Made by a program: the position numbers and the translations under genes
Source: Eukaryota sp. GEM-RC1
Lineage: Eukaryota
Assembly (NCBI GenBank): GCA_040285855.1
Contig: JAUFOQ010000016.1
Span: 1,302,001-1,366,000 of the forward strand
Direction of reading: 5' to 3'
Length of the DNA: 64,000 nt
Shown here: piece by piece, positions 13,072-23,460 of the stretch
How the letters are laid out: the number at the start of each line of letters is the position of its first letter
How positions within the stretch are numbered: the first letter of the stretch is position 1
Notes under the pieces: model-generated
Seen by the model: only the letters and a program-made list of their open reading frames with translations
What the model was told of the DNA's origin: nothing
Database searches by the model: none

Positions 13072-14259
13072 AATTGGTATCTGGCAACGGACTTGTAAAA
13101 TTTCTTTGATTGATTGTTATCTAATCAGTTGAGATTGTTTATTCTTTGAAGGTTTGTTGATTTGTTCTTTTATTGTGTCAGTCAATAACCTAGACAAACA
13201 TTCTGTTTATTTAAATTTTGAATTTACTTTAATTAAGAAATTTGTAAATGTGATGAGATTGTATTAAATGAGGAAACATTGCAGTTTTGATGGTCATGTT
13301 TACTTTGATTGTGACGGCATTTCCAATTAAATTCCTAATGTCTTGATCTTTATTGGGCCGTGTAAATCCTCTAAATCTTTATTGGTGTTTTCATTTACAA
13401 AAAAAACAGGGTTTACATATTGTTATGTGGTATTTTTTTTTCTCGAATTGATTCTTGTATCGATGGTCATGAATTGAGCTCCATGTGGTTGTTAAAAGGT
13501 TCAGTTTGAACTTCTCTTTTTGTCTAGTTTGAATTTATTAGCTTGATGTGTATATACAGGTTATATCAGTTTACAAACTAATCCTTAGATTTAAACAGTA
13601 ACATCCATAATTATATTAAACTACGAAAATAAACTATAAGTCTACTAGTAGTCTACGAGTATAGGGTACGACACAGCCATACCCACTCAAACGAGTGTAC
13701 AAGCTCTACATTGAAGTGACCAAGAATGTCATTCTGACCGAATAGCTCCGAGTTGTCTCAAAAAAACCATGAGGGAATAATACGAGCTCTCAATCGACAT
13801 ATGTTCTTGGGCACTGGAAGCCATCAACAGTACTGGTTTAAGCCCGCTGGCAGCTTCGAGCGACGGATGAAGGGGAGACAACTGATGGAAACAAGCTGAA
13901 CCTAACTTTTAAGTAGAGGTCGCAGATATCTTTGCTAGATATCCTAATATGAGCCTGTTTACCTACATCTATATCTTATAAGCAGATGAACCAGCCACAG
14001 CTTCTATATTTGTAGTATGATGTCTGCCCTAAATGTTACCTGAATGGGTAGACATAACAAGGGGAAAGGATAATATGATTTATAATGAGACAACCTAAAT
14101 TCACAACTGCATGTTGTTACACAATAATCTTGTTACACAACTTCCCCAACTATTATCACATTGATGCATTTTGCCAGACTGTATTTCCAACTGTCATAGT
14201 AGCCTTTATTGTGTAGACTATTTATTTGTTTAATAAATGGATTTAATCTTTGCATTGTT

Positions 14260-14462
14260 TGAATTCAGTGGAGAAACTTGATTTTTAGCATCCTTGAATG
14301 CACTTTTTTTGCAAACATCCACAGTAATCACATCAACTACCGTTAATTCATCATTGACTGAAGGAACTATAACATCAGCTCTTCTTTTACCACAAGTCTT
14401 ATCAGAATCACTATCTTTTGAATTATTGATTTCCAGTGATCTCAACAATGGCTCAACGAAAG
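14260..14462 (-). mobile_element. Short internal fragment of the RLE retrotransposon
   Basis: Encodes LRSLEINNSKDSDSDKTCGKRRADVIVPSVNDELTVVDV, nearly identical to part of the 7123-8151 ORF. Confidence 0.85.
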
Positions 14463-14679
14463 AAATTAATCAAGCAAAATTTGAATTTATGCAACCTTAT
14501 AAGTTGGCTCCCTTAATTCTATGCACAGACTTCCGAGGAGAACTACTTCCTTTACAATGCTGTCTACATCGCTTTGTAAGATTTGTTCATTGGAGACATC
14601 CTGTCTAAGTTGCAGTTTTCCAAGACAAAATGGTTTTTGATTTCCATCAACACGAATATAATACTGTACTAATTTTTTC

Positions 14680-15564
14680 TAGATGAGTCGCCTCGACTCA
14701 ACTGCACTTTTTACGAGTCGACTCGACTCAACTGATGTAGCGGAGTCGACTTAGTCGACTATTTGAGTCGATTGCACAGATCTCTTTCCCAAGTCGAGTC
14801 GAGTCGAGTCGACTTAAACAATGTCTGAGCCGAGTCGAGTCGACTCAAGTCATTTATTACGTTGCATCAAATTATCCCACATGTGGTTTATATATTATCT
14901 TCCATTAAAAAGTTCAAGATTGAATACTGAAACAACACCAATTGACTTTCGTCTTTGTGGTTAAAAAAATCAAGTGTAGTATACTAACAACGTTACTACA
15001 TGTAGTGCTCAAATGATTTTTGTTAAACCAGTTTCTTGTTTCTGCTCTTTGAGTGTTTACCTCCAACAAAGACCTGTAGAATTCAGCTCTTTCTCCAGAT
15101 GAGAAATCTACTCTCAATCAAGGCCTAGAACTGCTTAAACCGTTCTTCGCTGTCACTGAAGCTATTTCGGGAGAATCGTACCCCACCATGAGTTTTCTCG
15201 TTCTTTGAGTGACGAAAATATTAGAGCATCTGCATGTTTGCAGTCATGGAGCATCTTTCTTGGTGATGAATTTGCGTTATAGGCTACTTCAGTACTTATA
15301 GACTGTATACTAATAGCTTTTCTTGTTTCTTGTTATAAAAAAATCCTGCATTTTGCATTTATTTAGACGAATGAATTTCAATGATTGGGCTATTGTTACT
15401 GTCGCTACTCAATAGTCGACTCGAGTCGACTCAAAGCCGAGTCGAGTCGACTCAGATAAATAATTAGTCGAGTCGAGTCGACTACACGATTCGTAGAGCC
15501 GAGTCGAGTCGACTCAGATAAATTTCTAGTCGAGTTGAGTCGAGTCGAGTCGTGCACAGGTCTA
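14680..15564 (+). mobile_element. Non-autonomous hAT element, copy 1, with an inverted left end
   Basis: Right TIR TGCACAGGTCTA; AGTCG/CGACT subterminal arrays; transposase relic LLKPFFAVTEAISGESYPTMS; flanks AATTTTTTC and AATTTTTC; near-identical to 35458-36308. Confidence 0.88.
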
Positions 15565-15596
15565 AATTTTTCTCTTCCATAACTTCTTAGTCCCCA

Positions 15597-17345
15597 ATGT
15601 CCTTGGTTGATAGAAAACGAGCTGGAAGCGCTCGACTTAACAGCGCTAAACCCAAGCGTTCTCTACCTTCTTTTCAGGATTTCGTTAATCAAAGAGACTG
15701 GACTGGAGCGATTTGCTTTCTCAACTTCTTAAAACGTGGTAACTTTTCTGTTGAAGACCTCTGTCAAGACGCCCCTTCTGGAATTGACGCTTCATCTTGG
15801 TTAGCCTATTGCCATTTTCACAACGGTGATTATTCTGTAGCACATGACAAATACATTGAACTCGCAAAAGAGGATTCTTCCTATCACAATTATGCTGCTT
15901 GTTGTCTTTATCATTTACAAGAGTACGCTGAAGCTGAAGAAGAAGCATCCAAAGCTCCTGATTCAGCCTTACGAACTCGTTTACTTTTCCTCTGTGCTTC
16001 TAAAGGAGGTGATGAGAACAAACTCCTCAAATATCATTCTGCTCTTGGAGACGATCTAGAGGATCACTTAGCTTTACTTGCAGTGAGACATCAACGGTCT
16101 CAGTATGCTGAAGCCATTGAATCCTGCAAACCCTTGCTCACCTCCAATCCCAACGCTCTTTGTCTTCTTGTTTATGCTGCTCTTTGTTACTATGGAAGTG
16201 ACAACTTTGAACTTACTCTCGAGTCTCTCACCCCTTATCTCAGATCCTTCCCCACTTCAGTTCTTGCTACTAACATCAGAGCTTGTGCTGCCTACCGCCT
16301 CTACAGTGGAGAAGCTGCTTGTCAGGAGCTCTCCCCTCTCTTTGAAACCATTGGCATCTCTGACTCCATCGATGGCTACCTGGACTACCTATCTTCCCTC
16401 CTCTCCAACAAGACCTCACCTGCTCAAATACTCCTTCATGCCACTCTTTTCCACAACATTATCGTGTTTAAGAACGGTGAAGGAGCCTTGAGGGTACTAC
16501 CAAAGCTAGTTCACGACGTCCCTGAAGCTAAGCTTAATCTGGCTATCTTTTATCTCAAAGCTGGTGACTATACAGAAGCTTACGAGCTCCTTCGTGAGTA
16601 TGAACCTCTAAAACCCTATGAATTTGTACTAAAAGGACTCATTTGCTTAGCTGTAGGTCAAGAGACTGGCAGTGAGGAGCACTTGGCAATAGCAGCTCAA
16701 TACTTTCAATTAGTTGGTACTTCAGATACTGAGGAGAACACCATTCAAGGAAGGCAATCGATGGCGATGGCTTATTTCCTAAATGGGCAGTACGAAGACG
16801 TCATCACGTATCTATCATCAATCAAGGACTTTTTCCCTAGTGATGATGACTTCCATTTCAACTATGGTATCACCTTGGCTATATGTGGACAGTACGATGA
16901 AGCTGAGCTATGCTTTACTTCATTAACTGACATTGAGTTGAAATCTCTCTCAGTGTATTGTTCATGGTTAATCAGATGCTTTATTTGTAATGGTAAACCG
17001 GAGAAAGCCTGGGACGTCTACCATGAAAACTCTCAAGTAGAAAGTGCTGATTCAATGTCATTTTTGATTTTGATTGCGAATGATTGTTATAAGCAGGAAC
17101 AGTACTTTTACTCTGCAAAGGCTTTTGAAGTCTTGTCACGCCTAGATCCGAATACAGAATACTTGCTGGGGTTGAAGAACAGTTGCATTGGAGTATTAAA
17201 GAAAGTACGTGACGGCAGTTTGAATGTTGAATTGTTGACAGAAGTTCTTGGTATATTGCAAGGAGCTAGGACTCGAGACCCGACTGTAACGAAGATAGCG
17301 ACCGTTGTTGCAAGGTATTGCCAAGCTAGTGGACTTTTGGTATAG
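15597..17345 (+). CDS. IFT56: Intraflagellar transport protein 56 (TTC26/DYF-13)
   Basis: TPR protein with QRDWTGAI, WLAYCHFHNGDY, HNIIVFKNGEGALRVLP, PEAKLNLAIFYL, FQLVG, TIQGRQSMA, IANDCYK. Confidence 0.92.
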   Translation: MSLVDRKRAGSARLNSAKPKRSLPSFQDFVNQRDWTGAICFLNFLKRGNFSVEDLCQDAPSGIDASSWLAYCHFHNGDYSVAHDKYIELAKEDSSYHNYAACCLYHLQEYAEAEEEASKAPDSALRTRLLFLCASKGGDENKLLKYHSALGDDLEDHLALLAVRHQRSQYAEAIESCKPLLTSNPNALCLLVYAALCYYGSDNFELTLESLTPYLRSFPTSVLATNIRACAAYRLYSGEAACQELSPLFETIGISDSIDGYLDYLSSLLSNKTSPAQILLHATLFHNIIVFKNGEGALRVLPKLVHDVPEAKLNLAIFYLKAGDYTEAYELLREYEPLKPYEFVLKGLICLAVGQETGSEEHLAIAAQYFQLVGTSDTEENTIQGRQSMAMAYFLNGQYEDVITYLSSIKDFFPSDDDFHFNYGITLAICGQYDEAELCFTSLTDIELKSLSVYCSWLIRCFICNGKPEKAWDVYHENSQVESADSMSFLILIANDCYKQEQYFYSAKAFEVLSRLDPNTEYLLGLKNSCIGVLKKVRDGSLNVELLTEVLGILQGARTRDPTVTKIATVVARYCQASGLLV

Positions 17346-17786
17346 TTTTTGTTGAAGAGAGTTTTCGAGGAGGAAATGCTGCATCTGTATTATATTGTTT
17401 TTCTCTATTGTTTTGAGATCTTCTGATTGTTTTTATCAATGATTGTTCTATTTCTGAAGCTAGATTCTTATGTGAATGTATTTAAATAAACTCAGATCGA
17501 GTTCTTAATTAACCTCTTCCGTAACAATTTAACAACTAAAAATATTAGTAGCGTTATGGCGTGTGAAAAATCGCGGCTGTTTTTGGGCCATTACTTTACA
17601 GAAGTGCTTCTACTTTTTGTAATAGATACGTTTTATTATAAATGTAATAGATCAAACAACTAAAATTTGATATCATTAAAACAACACCAGTCGCTATCAA
17701 AACTTACAACAGCTTTGTCCTCATAAAAGGAACTTACTGCTAATAAAAAAATAGCGCTTCTACAAGTACATGTACATGTAGTTAAT

Positions 17787-18611
17787 CAGGGATGCGAAAA
17801 AATATATATATTTAAATAAATTATTGTTCACGACGAAAATAAATATATTGGTATTGGCACATTTGGCAATAAATAAATAAATACATTGTCAATATTTCTA
17901 CGTAATCCAATGACTTCTTATTTTGTCGGCTGGCAATAAAATCTGCTTCATTTTCCAACAAACCAAGTCAGGAGTAAGTATTAAGTATTTAGCGAACAGT
18001 ATCTTCACCATAGATTAGAGTTATACATCAATAAACTGTGCTTTTCCAGACTTGATAAATGCAGTCTGGTGCAAAGGGTTTCAGCAGGCAACTTAGCACG
18101 ACTAGACAGTCTTTCGACTTGATTGGATGTACATGGCTTTAAAGTAGGATCAATGTAGCGAGATTTGGATTAATGACATTGACATTTTCCAAACGCTCTG
18201 CTCTGTGGTACTTGTGATTGCTGCACTCTGTACCACGCAAAAAGTTCTTCACTGAATGTTTCTCACTCTTACAGACATCAGTTTTCGATTGCCGTTTAGA
18301 CTACAGCAGATCAAAATCCAAACAGTAACCAAATTGAAGTAAAGCATAAAGTGTAATATTTTGTCTAGGTTTTTTTCCCAAAGCGAAAATTCTTCAGAGG
18401 ACTACTGCACCCACAACGCATCTTCTTTACTCCAAAATGGATCCAAAATTGAGTATAACATCAAACAAATGGATGATTTTAGTGATGAAAAATATTGTCA
18501 CAATAAACAATATTATTGCAATATTATTGATTATTGTTTTGACCAACAATAAATTTAGTGATAATATTTATTGCAATAAATAAAATAACAATATATTTTT
18601 TCGCATCCCTG
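17787..18611. mobile_element. MITE / non-autonomous TIR element (hAT-like ends)
   Basis: CAGGGATGCGAAAAAA...TTTTTTCGCATCCCTG inverted termini; GCAATAAA/CAATAT-type subterminal repeats. Confidence 0.75.
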
Positions 18612-18670
18612 TACTAGCACAGTAGTTAATAGACAAAAGAAAATTCTCACAGTCAAATATATCTTCTACA

Positions 18671-19661
18671 ATGTCTTCACCAGCTTCTCTAGCCATTATT
18701 CATCCCCTTGTCCTTCTTTCTGTATCTGATCATCACAAACGTGTTGCTCGAAATGCAAAACAACGCGTTTGCGGTATTCTTCTTGGTACCGTTAACAGAG
18801 GCGTTGTGGATGTCACAAACAGTTTTGCTGTTCCTTTCGAAGAAAATCCACGTGATTCTCGTGTGTGGTTCTTCGATCATCAATTCGTTGAAACCATGTA
18901 CAGAATGTACCAGAAAGTCAACAGTATGCTTTCGATCTTATCTTCATCTCAGTCCGTCAGAAGATCGTGGGATGGTATGCATCAGGCACAACTCCTGTTC
19001 AACTCGATCTTGCAATCCACAGAGTTGTGGAACGACTGTCAGATTCCCCACTGCCTCCGATCTACACTGTAGTTACTGTTACCCAAACTAAGGAGTTCCC
19101 TGCCAAAACATTTATAAAACAGACAACATCTAGAGTACCTGGGGAACAACCATCTGAAACCTTTGACGCTATTGAGACTCGCATGGGTCAAGAAATTGCC
19201 GAAGAAATTGGTGTTGAGCATTTACTGAGAGACATCAAAGGTCTTGACATTTCAGACCTTAAGGAACAACGTGATGCTAGAATTCGAGGTACTTATGCAC
19301 TGTCCCGGCAACTTAAAATCGCCAGTGACTATCTGCGGAGGGAGTGTGACCCGAAACTGGTAGAAAACCAAAAGCAGAAATTGTCAATATGCTCCAGGAA
19401 GTGTTGTATGATTTCCCACTGCTAACAGATGTGTTGAAACATGATTTATTACAACTTACTACTGAGAACCAACTCTCTGTCCTTATGGGATGTATAGGAA
19501 GAAGTCTAACATCTATTCATGATGTTATTTTGAACAGAGAGTCACAACAAGCATTGGAATCCAAAATAAGGGCAGAATTGGGGAAGAATTTAGATGTAAA
19601 AGTCAAGAAAGAAGAACCGAATGTTGATTTGAGTAAAGAAACAACTAAAATGGAGGAATAA
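18671..19661 (+). CDS. RPN8: 26S proteasome lid subunit Rpn8/PSMD7; 29-nt intron 18924-18952; frameshift near 19355
   Basis: HPLVLLSVSDH, RVCGILLG, DVTNSFAVPFEE, VWFFDH, IVGWY, AEEIGVEHLLRDIK. Confidence 0.93.
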
Positions 19662-20224
19662 AGTGATGTGCATATCTACAAATTATATCAATAATATACA
19701 GATCATAGTACATGTATATAGATGTGTGTGAATATTTCACAAAATGAAGAGCAATTTTTGGTGAAATCATCGGTGGTATTCCTTACAAATCCCAACCAAC
19801 AGTCCCCGATGAAGACATTATTTACAATTCCGATGTTGAAGAAAAAATTAGTATGACGTCTAGTATCAGAGGATATTGATTATTAGATGTATGCACACTG
19901 TAGTGTTGCTGTCAATAAAAATAAATTGAAAAAAAATCTAGTATCAGGATTTTGCCTTTAGACTTTGTGATTTTGTATAGCTTATACAGTCGTTATTGGA
20001 AATTAGCCTCAAGTAGATATCAGTAAATGCGTTTTGGGAAAGTAGTTGAAGACCAAACCCAAACGACTTCACCCTATCTGGAAAAGATTGCGTTTTTCGA
20101 AAGTAACTTTCGCACCAAACATGTAAGTTTTCACAACTAATCGCGAGAAAGAGAACGCATAGTTTTGGTAATTTTTGAATAAGGTACGACTACAAGTTTA
20201 CATAGCAAAAACAGTAAGATACTA

Positions 20225-20495
20225 GTAAGTGCAAATACTAGAACTCAATGTCAGCAGTGCAATATTCAGTGCCATTAAAACTCACATTTGCTGTTTCTTC
20301 ATAAAAATACTGAGAGCTAATAGAGCTTTTGAAATCATAATAGGAATTGTTTCAGATATTGTAAAGACAATTCCAGGCAACCAAAACTTAAAATCAAATT
20401 TCTTGTGCATTCTTTTTTTGTCAACTTTCTCAAAATCAGAGAGCAAACAAAAAGCATACTTACCAAGTCGATCATAAATTGAAATGGCAAAGGAC
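20225..20495 (-). mobile_element. Degenerate 3' fragment of the RLE retrotransposon
   Basis: FAISIYDRLGKYAFCLLSDFEKV..KKFDFKFWL matches the 8060-8330 region. Confidence 0.8.
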
Positions 20496-20994
20496 AATTT
20501 GATGGAAAATACAATACGGTTTTCCAATCAGACGTTCTAGAATTACGTTTCTTTCCTCAAACAAATTCTTTGAGAGCTCAAATGTCGTATTCAATATTTT
20601 TTGCAGTTTTCATACTGCGGAGGGAAGAGAGGAAATAATTCCTTTAGCAGTCTCCTTTAAGTTTGGAACATAGGTTTTTACACTGGGTTTGCAATCGCTG
20701 TTTTTACATTTTAGGGGATAATGATGATTCAAATATTAAATTTGTGTAAACCAAGGATGAGAAACTGAACTGAACTTCTCGAATTAACAGTCACAGAGGA
20801 CTTCAAAATCGAATAAGCAATTCTTGTATAGAAATGTTGATTCCATTTCGGCCAAGTTGTTTGGCGGTCACTTACTTTTCGTAACAGGTACAGTACTTCG
20901 TTTGATACGTCATTTTAGTAGTCCTTATTTATATTTACTAATATTTATTTAGTTTCTTGTTGTGTGTTTGTATCATACTTGGAAAATTCAGTCA

Positions 20995-21980
20995 CTCCCT
21001 GAAAAAAATACAGAAAATACAGAAAATACAGAAAAATACAGTTAATACAGAAAAATACAAAATTACTCGACCTTAGACAATTTTCGCAAAAGTCAGGGTC
21101 AGAACTTTTTCTGTGTAAAAATGACAATGACTAATATTATATGGGTTTCACAACCAAACTAAACATAACAAAACATCAAAAATACCTGAACAAATATCGG
21201 GAAGCCATTATTTAGTTTGCCGTCTTTTCTGAGCAGCTGCCTGTCCAACACACATTTTGAACCATTTCACAGGTTGAGATTCCCCAAAAACGTTGGTCAT
21301 TTTTCATCATCAGACGAGTTTGTGACAACAATATATAATAAATTCATCAAGAAGAACTACTGTACTTGCAATTTATCTTCCAAGAAAACACTGTTGTATG
21401 TGCTATCTTCATTGTCATCATCAAAGACGGCTTCGTTCTCGAGAAGAAGTACATCAACACGACATCTTTGACCATCCTATAAGTGCATACTGATACCTAT
21501 ATTGGTAGTTAGAAAAAGTTAAACACTGGTGTTATCTGTTTAGTAAAGTTGATGCAAATTAAATTGCAGGTCTAGAGAACTATTCAATGTTGCGTGTGAA
21601 GGACATTTCGGCCTTTTTGACTTTTTATTGGTCAAGATAAAACCAATTGTAGTCTAGTATGGTTCAGAATTCCGCCCAAGACGTAGAAATGGAGAAAACT
21701 GAACAGTACATATTTATGCAAAAATTGTTCTGGTACCATTTTAGCCATAAAAATACAGAAAATACAGTAATAATTCAGCTTAAAAAAATACAAAAAATAC
21801 AGAAAGTACAGAAAATACAAAAAAACACAGTATTTGTATTTTCCAAGTATGGTTTGTATCAGCACATAAATCCCCTATATTACCCAGAACCATAATTGTA
21901 AAATACACGAGTTTTCATTTGAAAAATACAAAAATACAAAGTAAAATACACACGTATCAATCTGCTAGCACCCTTCATGA
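20995..21980. repeat. Arrays of GAAAATACA-type 9-10 bp units, probably subterminal repeats of a degenerate TIR element
   Basis: Clusters at 21001-21060, 21750-21830 and 21900-21950; related units at 22360-22440. Confidence 0.5.
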
Positions 21981-22592
21981 CTACTCAATGATAACGGTGC
22001 AGTATAAGATTGGATTCGTTTCCATTTCTTGCAGGTGGTTACAACGATGTCCAACAAAAGTTCAAGGATGATCTCCACTAATTCACTGATTCCAGCATCT
22101 GCGTTCTGCACCACGTCCTCTTTCTTATGTTCAAGAAGTTACTTCTTGCAATGTTAGGATGAATTGAGGAAGAGACTACATCATAGAGAGGTTAATGAAC
22201 AAAATTGGGTCATTTTCACAGATTGAGTTTGATAAATGTAAGTAAATGTGAACCAAATTGTCTCGAAGATCTGAACCAAAGAAAGACTGCATTTGGCAAA
22301 GGCATTTGATAGCATTGTAATGCACAAAAATGAGCTGAAGAAGCACTTGTCATGCACATTGGAAAAATACAGTAAAATACAGTTCGTATTTTAAATCACA
22401 CTGTTTGAAAAATACATAAAATATAGAATTCTGTATTTTACAAGTATGCCTAGAACAGTACATACATGTACACTGTAGTACAGTGACTGTACATAAACAT
22501 GCACTGAACAAGTATTGACAGTTGTACATTAGTACATTTGCCAAATCAAATGATATCCGATCCGGCACTAGCATAATCTAGTAAAGGTTTAG

Positions 22593-23288
22593 ATGGATGC
22601 TGACAGTTTGCTTCTTCTTGCTGCAGAAAGAGATGATCTGACAGGTGCGGGACAGATTCTCTCAGCTGGTGGTAATATCAACTGTAGAGACTACAAGGAA
22701 AACACACCACTACACATTGCTGCAGCTCGATCAAACTGGAGAATGTGTAGATTTCTATTGGACTTCTCTCACTGCTACAAGAACCCAAGAAATGATACAG
22801 AAGACACACCATTGTCATTATCTGTGTTGAACAAACATCCTGAAACTGTAATGACTTTATTAGAATACAAATGTGATGTGAACACAAAAAACATTGATGG
22901 GGTCAGTCCTCTTCATATTGCTTGTCAAGTTAGGGATGAACAATCAGTGAGAATGCTTCTAAGCCATGGTGCTGATCCTTCCACTGTTGACAATGATGGA
23001 AATAGCCCACTTCACATGGTTTGCACAGATCCTATATCAGTTGAATTAGCTGAGATGTTGCTAATTGCTCACGCATCAGTTAATGCTAGTAACATTGAGG
23101 GGTTCACCCCATTGGAGTTAGCGGTACAAGAATCTGGTCACAATGTCAAGATCCTTGTTGATCTATTACTCTCAAAGGGGGCAATTGTAACTGAGGATGC
23201 TATTAGTAACGCTACAGATCACAATATCAAATCAATGTTGATCGAGATAGCGTGTTTAGAAGCAGGAAAACACAGTGAACTTGTGTAG
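22593..23288 (+). CDS. Ankyrin repeat protein
   Basis: TPLHIAA, TPLSLSV, SPLHIAC, SPLHMVC and TPLELAV repeats. Confidence 0.95.
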   Translation: MDADSLLLLAAERDDLTGAGQILSAGGNINCRDYKENTPLHIAAARSNWRMCRFLLDFSHCYKNPRNDTEDTPLSLSVLNKHPETVMTLLEYKCDVNTKNIDGVSPLHIACQVRDEQSVRMLLSHGADPSTVDNDGNSPLHMVCTDPISVELAEMLLIAHASVNASNIEGFTPLELAVQESGHNVKILVDLLLSKGAIVTEDAISNATDHNIKSMLIEIACLEAGKHSELV

Positions 23289-23303
23289 AAATCTTGTACT
23301 CGT

Positions 23304-23460
23304 ACTGTGAATTTCATTCCAAATGCATAAGGGCATAACCCTTCACATTTTCATGATCTCATGAGCAAGCTCGTAAGCAAACTCATGAGCAAAACTCACA
23401 GTTTGAACAAATAAATGTCCTCATTCGCAAAGTCTTTTAAGACGAGCTAACTTCATAGAT
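23304..23460 (-). ncRNA. Candidate Fanzor omega-RNA scaffold (guide predicted to continue from 23303 downward)
   Basis: Directly 3' of the Fanzor stop; two blocks identical to 63618-63734; identity stops at ...GAAATTCACAGT; 12-bp closing helix with the internal ACTGTGAGTTTT; nested AAGGG/CCCTT and GTCTT/AAGAC hairpins. Confidence 0.72.

Noticed and set aside
13691..13710. Possible in-window target of the copy-1 guide (ACGAGTGTACAAGCTCTACA)
   Set aside because: Needs gaps and mismatches; compatible with chance.
14690..15555. GAGTCGACTC arrays as CRISPR repeats or a restriction-site cluster
   Set aside because: Explained as subterminal repeats of a hAT element with TIRs and an 8-bp TSD.
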